From contig NC_045696.1 in the NCBI RefSeq assembly GCF_009834535.1, positions 117,430,001 to 117,494,000 of the forward strand: a stretch of DNA of 64,000 bases, written 5' to 3'. Positions 49,541 to 62,588 of this stretch are shown here, one piece after another. The notes beneath the pieces were generated by a model, which was not told the origin of the DNA, did not search any database, and saw nothing but the letters and a program-made list of their open reading frames with translations. Within the stretch, counting starts at the first letter, position 1, and every line of letters begins with the position of its first letter. Source of the DNA: Camelus ferus. Its lineage: Eukaryota. A program made the position numbers and the translations under genes.

Positions 49541-51067
49541 TAAATCAAGGAGAATCTACTCCTAGCTTCTCTCCAGTTATAAGGAGGATGTCCACCAGGC
49601 ACCAAGGTGGACTCTGAAGACCCCCCTTCCTCTCTGTCTTTATTGTGCCATATTTGACCAAACTAGATGTCTAGAAGCCTTAGGAGATATTAATCAGAGA
49701 AAACAGATCTTTTGACCAGTTCCAGCAGCTTAATTCACATCCATTTAGATGAAAGTTGAAAGCTGTTGATGATGGTCGCACGATCATTTCAGATCACGCA
49801 GAGAGATTCCGTCTAAAGCACAGGCCACCCGAAGCCAGTGAGAGGAAAGTCCCTTCCCCGTTTCCTCTCTGTCTTCTTCCTTTCTCTTTTAATTTTAACA
49901 TCAAACGATTCCTTCCCCAGCACGAACCTCCAGGATATATCTGAGAGCATTGTCCATATCACAGACCCTCCACCTCTGCCAATGTGTGGAGGGGGAAAAA
50001 ATTATAGAAAAATACTATCCAAACCAAATAGACTCCAATTTTGAGTCTGGGTAGTATGCCAACAACAAAAACCTAAATAAAACAGAATGATGTAGGGGAT
50101 GAAATCGCACATTATTAGCAGAAGGCACCAGACACTCAGCCAGATTCTTCTCTCTCCAATTCTCAGGCTTGGTCTCACCGGAAGAAAGTCTCAGAAAGAT
50201 GGATTCAATGCACTGAAAGGGCCACAGTCCCAAGTAATGGGGTAAGGCTATTATTTGCCTTATTCGTTTGGGATATTTTAGAGACGGCATGAAAACTAGA
50301 GTCAAGGAATCAAAAGACTATCCAAGTGTAGGGACATCGATATTTTAAGTCATAATAACAGAATGTGTGTCTTTGACCCCCTTCCATGATGCGTGTAAGG
50401 TAACAAAAGCAGGGAGAAGGCTGTGGGTTCTCCCTCTCTCCTGAAGTGTTCAATCTATTTTGTTGATTCTGTTTTATTTTGAGAGGTGTTACATGAGCCG
50501 GAACTATGTTTCATACCACTGTGCAGTTCTTCCCAGTCTGAGAATTCCTTTCAAGTGGGCTGTTTGGTTGGATGTTTACAACAATGAAATGAACTCCACA
50601 GATGACGGTTAGAATTCAGATTTGGCCAAGGAGTTTCCAAGTGATTCGGTGACTTGTTCGAAGACATTCTGCCAGCAAATATTCAAGCTGAGATACAAAG
50701 ATCGTGTGGCTGGGAGCTTCAACGGGATGGCAAGGCAACTTTGGAACTTCCTCTGCTGCAAATCTTCTAGAAACAAAGCTGTTCTTTTCTGCATAAAGCA
50801 GTCTGATATGCAGTCCTGACTGCAGATCAGGAAGGAGACCAGAAGACCTCTCCTGAGGGTCCTGTATTAAGACCCGTTTCTTTCTCTCTAAATGGAAGGG
50901 CAGTGATGCTAACAATTAAGAGGCAGGCTTCCGTACTTCCTTTGTCTGAGCTCTTCAGCCAGACAGGAAGGAACCACGCCCTCTACAAGGTAGAGCTCTC
51001 TCTGCAAGCTGGTTCACATGCTTTCACTCTCTAAACTTTGATTTGGGGTAAAGACGAATGTCTTAGA

Positions 51068-51203
51068 GGCAGGAGGGTGTCGCTCACTGGTAGAGTGTGT
51101 ACTAAGCACGCACGAAGGTCCTGGGTTCAACCCCCAGTAGCTCCATTAAAAAATAAATGAAACCTAATTACCTCCCCACCAAAAATAAATGAATTAAATA
51201 AAT
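51068..51203 (+). mobile_element. Vic-1-type SINE (long form)
   Basis: 'ggagggtgtcgctcactggtagagtgtgtactaagcacgcacgaaggtcctgggttcaacccccagtagctccatt...aaacctaattacctcccc' plus an A-rich tail. Confidence 0.9.
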
Positions 51204-51688
51204 AGACAAACTCTTTCTTAAGGAAAACCTCAGGAATCTGCACACCCCAGCAAACGGGAGGTCAGGGCTCCGTTTTCTCAAGCCGGATGTCACCCTTTTA
51301 GAAAACTTTCCGAACGAATAAAGTTGGGGCTCTTCTGCATAAAAATGAAGTGAAGGAACCGTCAAAGTCTCTAGTCAGCACCATCTGCAAGTTTAGGGGG
51401 AGAGTCTGAAGGCAGAGCACGAACAGAAATGTGAACACTCCCTCGCTCCATCCCCGCCCCCTCCCAGCCTTCCACCTGCAATAGACTGTATTCATATCTC
51501 CCAGAGGAAATATGCTATTACTGATAATATGATCACTGAAACACTGGGAGTGGTTAGATCCAGAGCTCTGGCAGTGGGTTAATAAAAGGCCTAATGAAGA
51601 ACAAAAAATCCTGCCAGTCAGCTGTAAAAAAATATTGCCCTCGGGAAATTATAAATCAGACACCATAGTGTGAAGTTTAAAAAAAAAG

Positions 51689-51690
51689 TG

Positions 51691-51737
<47 letters not shown>
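51689..51737. repeat. Compound (TA)n(TG)n(TA)n microsatellite
   Basis: Directly visible. Confidence 0.95.
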
Positions 51738-52968
51738 GGCATTGACTCACTGATAAATGCAGGAGTGGGCAGACTGGTGACGAAACAAATATGTCACTGG
51801 ATGCCCTTGAAGTTTCAGTCCCCCTCAGCATGATGAAGTTGAACGCCTCCGCGGTGCAAAGCCAAAACCACATTTACTCAGCCTTGTCACTCTGCCCTGC
51901 GCCGCAGAAACAGGATGCTCCGTCCACAAATTAGTTCTAATTCCCAGAGCCTCACTCGCCTTCTCTCTTTTTATTTTTTTCTCTCTCTCTCCTTTATTTA
52001 TTTATTTTTTTAATTTGTTTGTTTGCCTGATTCCACAGCATTCCTCTCAATAGACTCCTAAAGGCTGTCCCTGGATAGAGACCTGTATTGAGGGTTTTCT
52101 TTATCAGTCCACACTGAGCTTGTCTGGAAAGAATCCAGTGGAAATCCGTTTTATGGGCCGCCTCAGCCTAAGGCCAGCAGACCAAACTAGGAAGTACCAT
52201 GAACAAACTACGGCAGAGGCCCTGACTAGGAGCTCACCTGACCTTTCAGCTACGTGGTCAGTGGTCAGAGAAGGCAGTCAGGCCTTTCCCACACTAGGAG
52301 CACTCACACACCCGCCTCGCGAGCTGGATGAGCCATTGTCCATCACTGGGTCACTCTTGTCCGTGACCTTCCTACAACCCTCCCTCCAACAGGAGAGTCT
52401 TCTCCCAAGGTCCACTTCTGCCGGCTTTTCCCTTGGCAGACTGCATGCCAACTGCGGGCTCTGCATCAGAGACAGGCAAGTCCCCAGGAGACTCAAGGAG
52501 AGGGGGCTGAGCAGTGCCCTGGAGGTCCACGCCAAGCAGGAGCCCTCCGCCCACCCCTCCCCAGTTGCACCTGATCCTACCTGCCCAAGCTGGTAGCTCT
52601 CCCCTGGAAGAAGGGCGGAGATGCTGGGATGATTCAGGAACGCCTTTTCATCCCATGGGGTGTGAGGACAGACTGGGACGTCGGGGATACTTCTTTCCTT
52701 CCTTCAGGAATTCCAACAGGGCAACTCCAGAAGTACGAGGAAGCTCTCACAGAGAAACCTCCAACTGCCTTAAGGAAATTGAACCACAAACCTCCAAGGG
52801 ACAATACGGGGCAATAAATCAACTGTGATGAGCAACTGGACCCTCATCCTGAATTCCCTCTCCTGAAATTTACATTTTCCTGGAGATGGCTAAAACATTA
52901 GCCTAGTAACTACCATTGTACTGGTTTCAGAGGGTCCGCTGGCCCCAGATGTGGATTCATATTTCTTT

Positions 52969-53714
52969 CTTTCTTTTTTAATTGAAGTTTAGTCAGTTTA
53001 CAATGTTGTGTTAATTTCTGGTGTGCAGCACAGTGAGTCATTTATATATATATTTATATATATATATTATATATATATAAAGTCATTATAATATATATAT
53101 ATTATATATATATTCCTTTTCATATTCTTCTGCACTATAGGTTATTATAAGATATTCAATAGAGCTCCCTGCACTATACAGTAGGACCATATCACTCATC
53201 TATTTTATATATAGTAGTTAGTATCAGCAAATCCCAAACTCCCAGTTTATCCCTGTCCATCCCCTTCCCCCCCCCCCCCCCCCATAACCATAAGTTTGTG
53301 CTCTGTGAGTCTGTTTTAGTTTTGTAAATAAGTTAATTTGTATCTTTTTTTTTAGAGTCCACATATAAGTGATATCATATGATATTTTTCTTTCTCTTTC
53401 TGGCTTACTTCACTTAGTATGACGATCTCCAGGTCCATCCACGTTGCTGCAAGTGGCATTGTTTTATTCTTTTTTATGGCTGGGTAGTATTCCACTGTAT
53501 AAATGTACTGCAACTTCTTTATCCAGTCATCTGTTGATGGACATTTAGGTTGTTTCTATACCCTGGCTATTGTAAATAGTGCTGCTATGAACATTGGGGT
53601 GCATGTATCTTTTACAATTGGAGTTCCCTCCATATATATATGCCCAGAAGTAGAATTGCTGGATCATAGGGTAAGTCTATTTTTAGTTTTTTAAGGAATC
53701 TCCATACTGTTTTC
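52969..53714 (-). mobile_element. 5'-truncated camelid-type L1 with TSD
   Basis: ORF2 end and 3'UTR on the minus strand, with an expanded (TA)n and a C-run. TSD catatttcttt at 52958-52968 and 53715-53725. Confidence 0.93.
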
Positions 53715-55016
53715 CATATTTCTTTTTTTTTTTTCAGCTGAGATAAGATGAGAATCTATAAACCCAACTCTCCCAAAGATTCAGGGATGGGAAAAAACAG
53801 GAAAATAGACAGTAAAGGGAATATACAATTCATTTACAAATAGTACTCTGATTTATGTATTAAAGCTTTGTAAAGCTATCTTTTGGAGCATTGATTTCCA
53901 TATGCCAGAGCAAGTCTCTGATGGAGTTTTCATTGGTGCACAGTGCAGCAAAATGCAAGAGAACAAAATGCAATGAGACTTTCATATGATGTATATGAAA
54001 CTTATAGGATATATAATATCATATGATGCATAATATAAATGGTAAATTATATTTATTTTATTTATTTTGAGATTGGGTCCTTTTTCCTCTTATTTCAGAA
54101 ATAGTCCTCTCTTTCAATAGCAGATTACACTTGCTTTTTCAGTGTCCTTATTTGGTAAAATAAAAAGTTGTCATTCTGTGTTGCCTTCCTACTTTTTAAA
54201 TTTTACTGGTCCCAGAAATCCAAAAATCTGGAACTTAGCACAGCAAGGGGTGTCTCCTTGCCTTGTCCCCAGTCTGCCTCAACATGACAGAGACTACCTT
54301 TCTCTCATCACCACACAACCAGTCACCCTGAACATATCCAGAGTTCTTAAGGTACGGACCCAAAGCAACAGACCCATATTTCCTCCAAAATATGTGGTTT
54401 GCCTTCCACTCCAACCTCAAAGTACCAACTTCAAATTTTTATTCTGAGGACTCTCCTCTTTACAGCTGTCTTTGAGGGAGAATTGGTTTCTGAAATGTGT
54501 TGCTAAGATGATGTCTACCACGTGAAGACAACAATTAGACCAGTGGCTCTCTGGTTTGCACCGCCACACTCTTGAGCCAAGCCAGGTATCCACTTTCCCA
54601 TATGCATATGCTTGTATATATACTTATAGACTCAACAGCAGTATTGTATGTGTTTGGTCTTGTGTGTTATCAGCGGGAGCTTTGTAATGGTGTCAAACGT
54701 ATAGCCACCAGACTTATTTGTCAAATAAAGTCCTTGATGGAATCTAGTTATTTAGTCATTTTAGTTCATGAATTTCAACTTATGATAGATGTTACTCAAT
54801 ACCTACTGAATAACCCAACCAAGCTGGGTTAACTAATACTTAACTCAGTAAGTTATGCTTAAATAGCTGTTAGCCACATGCAAAAATAAAGGCCATGAAA
54901 TGGCACATGGTTTACCCCTAATTTCTAAATATTAAAGAAATGACTTGTACCCAAAGAAGACCCTTCAGGAGCAACCATGGGACCACAAACCATTCTTTAA
55001 GAATCAACACTCTGAG

Positions 55017-55180
55017 GGGGGAGGATGTAGCTCAAGTGGTAGAGTGCATTTTTAACATGCATGAGGTCCTGGGTTCAATCCCTAGTACCTCCTCCAAAAA
55101 TAAACCTAATTATCTCCCCCCCACCGCCAAAATAAAATAATTCAATAACACAATAATAAATAAATAAAATATTTTAAAAA
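55017..55180 (+). mobile_element. Vic-1-type SINE (long form) with 18-bp TSD
   Basis: 'ggggggaggatgtagctcaagtggtagagtgc...ggtcctgggttcaatccctagtacctcc'. TSD aagaatca(a/g)cact(c/t)tgag at 54999-55016 and 55181-55198. Confidence 0.94.
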
Positions 55181-55339
55181 AAGAATCAGCACTTTGAGAA
55201 CCCCAAGCTACAGATGAATAAGCCATGTAAGGCCAGAATGTTGGCTTGGTAGATTCTTTCTGCGTTGATTTTCTGGGTTTCGTTATTCCTAAGCTTTTAG
55301 TTCAGTATTTGTTTTTTTTTAAACATGTCCTGCTGTCCT

Positions 55340-57130
55340 GAGAGATCTTAAAGAAGCACTTAAGTCTACAGCTGAATTAGGAATACTGAGAGACATCATA
55401 GCAGAAGCCTCAAGTCCACATCTGAATTTGGAGTTAGGAAAGAGAAGAAGCAGAGGCCCTGCCAGTGTGTGGTTTCGAAGGAAATATGTGTGCATCTTGG
55501 GAACAGAAAGAAGAGACGAAGAACCTCCCACTTGAAGGTTCGTCCTCTTGGCCAATTTTAGAGAACCAGGCTCTCCTCTTACTAAAGATACCACTCAATG
55601 CTGTTCGGAAGTCATTGAAGATAAGGACAGAAAATCAGTCTTTGACATTGGTCCATGAAGCCTCTTGGTGGTCTTAACCAAAGCAATTGTCGTGGAGCAG
55701 CAGGGCTGGGAGCCAGTCTGGAGTTTGTTAAAGAGTGAATTCAGTGAAAGTGTGGAAGCAGACTTTGCAGACCTATCTCGGGAAGCCGAGCTATGAAAAG
55801 GTGCAGGGAAATGGGGCAGTAGCAGGGGGGGCGACAGGGTAAAGGAAATGTGAAGGTGGGGGCTAAGTCGGCATGTTTGGATGATGGGAAAGATCATTTA
55901 GGAAGAGAAAGACTGATGGTGAGAGAGAGAGAGAGAGAGAGAATGGTCAAATGAGAAAAGACCTTAACAAAGGGAGAGAGGCTGAGATCCGGAGTGTGTA
56001 AGGAGCTACCCACATTTGGAAGAAGGGAAATGCACTTCATTTTAATAGTAAGGAAAAAGAGGGTAGGTACTGCTACAGAGGGATTTGGATCACCAATTCT
56101 AATGATGGAAAAAAATGACCGAGTTCTGTATCTTGTGCTTTCTCCTTTCATAACAATACTAGGTCATTAGCTGAAATGAGGGGGAAAGATAGAAGTAGTG
56201 AGAGTAGAGTAGAGTTTTGAATGGTGCTTCTTATTTTTGTAATGTAGAATTGTTGAATAGTCAGTGTTAAGAAGCCATTTGAGGTCTAACATCTTAATTT
56301 TTTTTTCTCCCTCAGCTATGGTGTCCTCCTTCATGTGTGCATACGGAAAAAGCAACAAAAGCTGACCAAGGTTGGAAGTTTCCCAACTTTATACAGCAGA
56401 GGGAGAGAGGGCAAGAGCATGGAGAGATTTGCAAAGGAGAACTTTTAATCACAAGTCTAAGCTAGAAATGAAAGAATGTGGTACCGGGCATGAGCTAAAG
56501 GGTTTTGCGTCAGCAATGAGATCAGTGGGTTGAATGTCATGAAGTAGAAAATACCAGACTAACGAGATGTTGTGGTCAAAGAAAGAGATACACGAATCTG
56601 AGATTTTGGAGTAGGTGGAGAGGACTGAGGGCACTTCACAGAGAAGTCAAGGAACTGAAAAGCCAAGGTCCCAAGGATGATGAAAGGAGTGTAGAAGAAA
56701 CTGAAAATATATCCTGAGGCCAAAATTTAATTTAGTGGAAGAAGAGAAGTGGCCAGAAGGAAGTCTGTAAACAATGGTCATGAGACGAAGATGATGGTCT
56801 GTCTAGAAGGGCTGAGCCTCAAGGATACAGGGATTGCGGGGGAGGGAGGGGACTCCCAGTCTGAAAGCAGCCTGGTACAGCAGAGGACAACTTGTGTCTC
56901 CTCTGGTCCTGATAAGGGGGAAGAAACCTCTCCAAGAGAGAGGACTGCTGAGGAGTGAGGTCTTCAGAGGACAGTCAGATGTCAGAACAAGTGGTGAAGT
57001 GGTCATTTATCAGAGGCTTTGAGTCCCTGGCTGGTTTACCTCCCACAGGATCTGAAAGTCAGGGAGAGTGAAGGGTGGGGCCAGTTGTCCAGCGAATGAG
57101 AGTTCAAGTCATGGAGAGCAGAAGAGGACA
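55340..57130 (-). mobile_element. L2 internal (ORF2/RT) fragment
   Basis: Minus ORF 55595-55897 contains SLFNKLQTGSQPCCSTTIALVKTT, a decayed L2/CR1 RT motif of the LQSGFRPxHSTETALxKVT type. The surrounding body is purine-rich L2-like sequence. Confidence 0.75.
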
Positions 57131-57189
57131 AGCAGAATTGTGAGGCATGATGGAATGCTCCCAGCTTCTGCTTTTTCCTATGAACATTG

Positions 57190-57362
57190 CCACGACCATG
57201 AGCATCACTGAGTATCTGCAGGGTATGCAGTATTCACGTGCATGATCTCATGGAAACTTCACAATTTATGAGCAAATTGCCTCATTGCCCATTTTACAAA
57301 GGATGAAATTAGGACTTGCCCCCAAACACACAGCTTTTAAATGATGGAGCTTAACCACTCTT
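57190..57362 (-). mobile_element. MIR SINE
   Basis: 'cactgagtatctgc...tgcatgatctcatggaaacttcacaa...gcccattttacaaaggatgaaatt...gacttgccc'. Confidence 0.65.
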
Positions 57363-58399
57363 CTACAGGGTTTAACATTTAGTTGAACAGATGCATTACT
57401 GAAGGACTTGATCATAATCTGAATTTTTGTAAATCAAGCCATCGTCATAATTCACTAAAGAAGTTCGTATTTCTAGGACTACTATTATGAATCCTTTGTC
57501 AATGCAAAAATAACTTCCCCAAATGGACACCTCCCGGGTAATCTGTTTGACCACACCCTATTTTCTTGAAGCCAGATCATTTTTATTAAAAGGTGTTGTT
57601 ACACAGTATTCTAGATCAGAAATGATCAAGGAATTTTACAGACCATAAGTTGTCTCTCTGATTAGAAAAAAAAAAAAAAAAAGACCCAATAAGGTCAGTG
57701 GCAAAAGCAAGAATTACACCAAGGCGTTATGACACTGCTCACTATAAAACACTGCCATTCCTTCCTCATTAGCAGAGCTTTATTTTCCATGGGATGGATT
57801 TCAAATGAGGATATGCTATAAGTGGAAAACAATACATACGGGTTCATTAGTCTTGCTCTTTTAAAGATAAATGCTGTATGTGGGATAAGTGCTGTGAGCA
57901 AGAAATTATAAGCAGGTTCCCATATGCTAGATATCTATTTCCACAGTTTGTATCATCATGGTTTCTGGGCACTTTGACAGATAGATGAGGCTAATTCAGG
58001 CAACGCAGTACATTCAGAAGAGTAGGTGAAAATCCTCTTTCTCCTTAGCTCCCTGCCTTGAAAAGCAATAATTCCTCAGAAAGTGAGAAGAATAAAAGAT
58101 TTTCTTGAATGGAAACCTCAGAGAAAAGCTGTACAGAAGGCGCAGGATTTCAATCTTTTGGTTCCGAGGAATGTTGACTGTGTGACCCGTTGATCAAGGT
58201 GTTTGGCATCTATCCTATGTAAATAATCCTAAATGGGGTAAATGCTGTATGCTAATCATCGCAGCCGACAAAAGGAAAAAATTCCAAAGCAAACAAGACA
58301 GAAAAGTGTTCAAAAGTTGGAGAGATTTTCAAATAATTTGTAGTGTATATTTCTCCAAATGTTATGTAACTGTTAAAATCATATGTATAAAAACTGCAG

Positions 58400-58630
58400 A
58401 ATTATTTGGGAGAATTCTTATGTGACAAAAGCAGTAATATGTTAAATGTCATATGTCCCAAATATTAAATAAAGAGGTTGATGACAACTGTGAAAAAGAA
58501 ACAGACAAAGCATAGAAAAAAGGTTGGGTTTAGGTGTTGAGACAAGGAGGAATTTTCTGCTTGTTCTTTTAACTTTTCTGTATTTTTCAAATGTCTGTTA
58601 AATAAAAAGTCTTATTTTAAAATAGAAACG
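58400..58630 (+). mobile_element. Ancient L1ME-type 3' end
   Basis: 'ttttctgcttgttcttttaacttttctgtatttttcaaatgtctg...ttattttaaaatagaaa'. Confidence 0.45.
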
Positions 58631-58739
58631 ATAATGTCATGATCTGGAGGTTTAATAGCTGGAAATTTTACCAATAATTATCACATTTTAAAAATGAATG
58701 TGTGTTTCCACTAAGTATATCTTATTGGCTAAACTTATG

Positions 58740-59348
58740 GTATTTTTAGACCATCTTTAATCAAATGTTCCTGATTTTACATACCTTAAAGTACACTAAA
58801 GTGTGGACGGTTGATGAATTTTGAGAAGCGTACGCACTCATATAATTACACCACAGTCAAGCTATCAATCTTGTCCCCACCCCTCCAAAAAGTTTCGTTT
58901 TGTGCATTACCAGTCAAATCCTCCCATCTTGTAGGAACAAGCAACCCCTGATCTGTTTTCCATCACTGCAGGTTAATTTTTCCTGTTCCAGAGTTTCATG
59001 TAAGTGTAATCATCCACTTTTCATTCTTGTATCTGCCTCTTTTGGCTCAGAATGTTTCAAGGTTAATCCACATTGTTGTATGTATCAATAATTGACTTTT
59101 TATTGCTGTGTATATTTATATAGCACATGTATGTATATACTATACCCTTTTATTCATTCACCTGTTGGTAGTCATTTGAGTTGTTTCAGTTCAGGGGTAC
59201 TATAGACATTTGTGTTCAAATCTTTCTATGAACATGTTTTCACTTCTGTGGGGTAAATACCCACCAGTGGAATTCCTGGGTTGCATGGTAAATGTGTGTT
59301 TAACTTCATAAAATTAAACCACCTTCCATGAGGTTTTCCAACGTGGTT
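58740..59348 (-). mobile_element. L1MB/ME-type 3' segment (non-inverted part of a probable twin-primed L1)
   Basis: 'ttgatgaattttgag...caccacagtcaag...ccctccaaaaagtttc...ggggtaaatacccaccagtggaattcctgggttgcatggtaaatgtgtgtttaactt...ttttccaacgtggtt'. Confidence 0.8.
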
Positions 59349-59854
59349 TTAAGCATAAAGCTTCTAAGAGAAAATCTTTCAACCTTAGAATATGCAAAAA
59401 ATTCTGAGATGGGATGCAAACAGCACCAACCATAAAAGAAAATTTCTCATATATAAGATTTCATCAAAGTAAAAATGTTCTGTTCTTTTAAAGGCAGCAC
59501 TTAAGGAAATGAAAAGGCAAGCAAAAGACTGGGAGAAAATATTTACAATATATATATATGTGAAAAAGAACTTGCATCTGAATATATAAATAACTTTTAC
59601 AACTCAATGATAAGAACTCAAACACCCAATGAAAACATGGGCAAAAGATTTGAACAGACATTTCCACAAAGAAGATAAACAGATGGCAAAAAAAAGCACA
59701 TGAATAAATATTCAATATCATTAGTCATCAGGGAAATGCAAATTAAAGCCATGATAAGATGCCATTACACTTCTACCAGAGTGTCTAAAATTACAAAGAT
59801 TGACAATACCAAATGTTGGTGAGGATGTGGAGCAACTGGAACTCTCCAACGCTG
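59349..59854 (+). mobile_element. L1 ORF2 segment (inverted part)
   Basis: 'gactgggagaaaatatttac...catgggcaaaagatttgaacagacatttccac...gggaaatgcaaattaaa...gacaataccaaatgttggtgaggatgtggagcaactggaactctc'. Confidence 0.85.
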
Positions 59855-61584
59855 TGTTTTTTTTTAGTGGTATGACTCATTTCACATTGGCATCTTAGAC
59901 AAGTAAAGGATCATTCCCTTGAGTCAGACCTGAGATTTAATTAAAGTTCATACTTGTTCTCTATCTCACTATGCCCTCAGACTTTGCTAATTTCTATGGC
60001 ATGATTGTTGTTTCATCACTAAATATCAACTACTGTCTACATGAGAAAAGAAACAATTAATATTGACCTGATAACTTATTTTAGGACATCACCTCTAAAA
60101 CACTACCACTTCTTACATTTACTATCTCATCGCAGCTTTCTTCTAGTCAAATTTTTATAAATTATTTTAGAGCTCATATTGTACCTCCTTCTTACTATGT
60201 AAATCTTGTAATGTCTTTGGCCAAAAGGAATAAAAATTCATACCAGGAACAGTTAGCAAGTTCTTGAGTACCTTTCAGTTTGTATATTAATTTCAAAAGC
60301 TAAATTTCCCTTTGACTCCAGTCAAGCTTTATGGAATCAATTAGAATGCTGACTGTGCTAGGTTGTGGAGTTGGAACTGTGAGACTGGGGAAATTCAAAG
60401 ATAGTTTCATTTACCCTAGACTTAATTTCCCATGGTCTTCTCATAATCTATAATAAAACAGTTGAGTGGTCTTTTGGAAGTGAACACAGGCTCACTCTGA
60501 ATTTTACTCAGTGTACTTTTCTACAAGCCTTATTTGCTGTTTTGTGTGTGTGTGTTAGTCTGATTTTTTCCAAACCTAAAATCAGATATTTTGGAGGCAG
60601 CTGGGAGTGAAACAATCTGAGATATGTTGTTTCTTTGCCAGAATAATGAAATTTCCACAATATTTTGATGATTTATGGAAATAATGGAGCTGATATTTTA
60701 AATCCAATTTTTCCTAGATCCTCAGATCATACACTTACTGGAGCTATCGCCGTACCATCACGTGAGGGCAGAAATATGTTTGGATGACGTACTACTGAAC
60801 CCTTCAAGTTGACACATCAGATGTAGCTGATGATTTTATAAATTGTCTGTGGATTCTGCTCTCCACGACTTACTGACCCCTTTTCAGTACCCATATAAAT
60901 AGGCTTTACTCCATTATTCATTTCTTCCCAGGTTTCTTTAATATGCTGACACATACAGATTAAATCAGACAGCAGAATTGTTCATGGTACAGCCTGTACC
61001 TTCTTGGAGAAACATATTTAATTAATTAAGAAAAAAATAACAGCATTCTTCAGGAAAAGCAAAAAAAAAAAATAAATAAATAAAAGCAAGATCAAAACTC
61101 CAGCTAAACTCTTTAAGCCATTATGAGTGACCTCTAAACCACAAACAATGCTAAAGTTCTTGGGAAAACTTGGTTTAACTGGCACTCACAATGCATATTA
61201 ACTCAGAAGCAGAACTCTGCCAAAAATGTAAACCAGTCACTGTTTATAAATGTGAAAAGAAAATTAGCACATGAGGAAGAGGAAAAACACATCTTTGGTG
61301 TCAACCCTTCTGTGAACTTCACTACAGTGATTATCGTTGTGTTTGCTGGTTTTCGCAGAGGTGTGATGGACAGAGAAAGGTGCACCTGTGGTGAAGGTGC
61401 AGCTGTTTGTAGTTTCAGGCTGCAGCAGGCTGTGGCAGGTGCAACTGCGTTCATTGTTCACGATTCCTGATTTACAGAGCCCCTCAAAATCAATGCAAAA
61501 GAAGCAAGAGGTACAGGGGCCCCCAGTTCTGACTCACGTAGACTCACTAGAGTGCAAACAACAAAAACAAAACAAAGCGCTTCA

Positions 61585-61700
61585 GTGCCTGACTTTCTCC
61601 AGGTTCACTAAATAAGAACCCCTGGGCATGGGACCTGGATATCAGTATTCCCTAATAACCCCTGGTGATTCTGATGCACAGTGAGGTCTGAAAAACTCTG
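61585..61700 (+). mobile_element. MER5-family 3' half
   Basis: 'ctgggcatgggacctggatatcagtattccctaataacccctggtgattctgatgcacagtgaggtctgaaaaactctg'. Confidence 0.7.
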
Positions 61701-62043
61701 TATTAAAACAAACTTTAGCAGCTGTGTCCAACCCAGTCCTCTAAGATGATAGAGGCGGTAGGAACAGGATTGATGGTCATGGAGCTATTTCCAATTTATC
61801 GAAAAGTCCAAGAGAAACACACATGCAACCTACAACATCCGGGGGCAGGGGGAGGGTATTGTTTGTTTACTTGTTTATTTGTGTTTTGTCTGTAATTATA
61901 CTGGTTCAATATTGTGTCATGAAAGAAAGATTTATCTGAGGAATGGGAAATAAAGAAATGAACTATTACATAAGAAAGCATTTCTCAGTGGACAAATATC
62001 TTCAACCATGGACTCCATTTGGGGAGAACTAAGAAGATCTCTT

Positions 62044-62588
62044 GTAGATAGCTGTGGTCTTTGTTTATATAGCATCCATTCTCCTTTTGAAAACAATGCT
62101 CTAATTTTGTTTTGGGAAAAGATTGCTCCTCTAAAGTCAGTCGGAGTCTAGGTAAGCCCACCACCTGGTTCTAGAATAAGTATGTGACCCAGACTTGAAT
62201 AATTCCAATGTCACCTCCCGTCAGCCACAATGGCTGGTTCAGGTCCTTGAAGATGACCCTTATCTGGCCATTAGAACAATTATGTGTCAGCCCTGAACCT
62301 TTTCTAGAGGGATAAGAAGGAGCCACCAGGACCATCATGAGAGAAAAGTCTGTGCTAACATGAAGGCATTGCAGAGCAAAGCCGAAAATAGCAAGAAAGA
62401 CGGAACTGGTCCAGCTGACACGATTGGATCCCTGAGATACAGATCAAGCCAGCAAGCTCTTGGGCTTGTCAGTTATGTGAATAAATAAGTTTAGTTTTAT
62501 TAAATTTGTTCATTCATTCATTCATTTGGTAAAAGTCACTTTGAATAAAGTTTCTCTTACCAGCAACCAAGTAAGTGTGATAAACACA
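62044..62588 (+). mobile_element. MLT1K-like MaLR LTR
   Basis: TGT start, 'gtatgtgacccagacttg', 'cagccacaatggctggttcagg', 'gggcttgtcagttatgtgaataaataa', and the terminus 'tttctcttaccagcaaccaag...aaacaca'. Confidence 0.7.

Noticed and set aside
52120..52828. Overlapping 158-aa and 104-aa ORFs in GC-richer DNA
   Set aside because: Non-ATG starts, open frames on both strands, no domain or convincing splice framework. Expected by chance at this GC content.
55017..55090. tRNA-Ala gene (likewise the other six copies)
   Set aside because: A-rich tails, TSDs and scattered substitutions show these are tRNA-derived SINEs, not tRNA genes.
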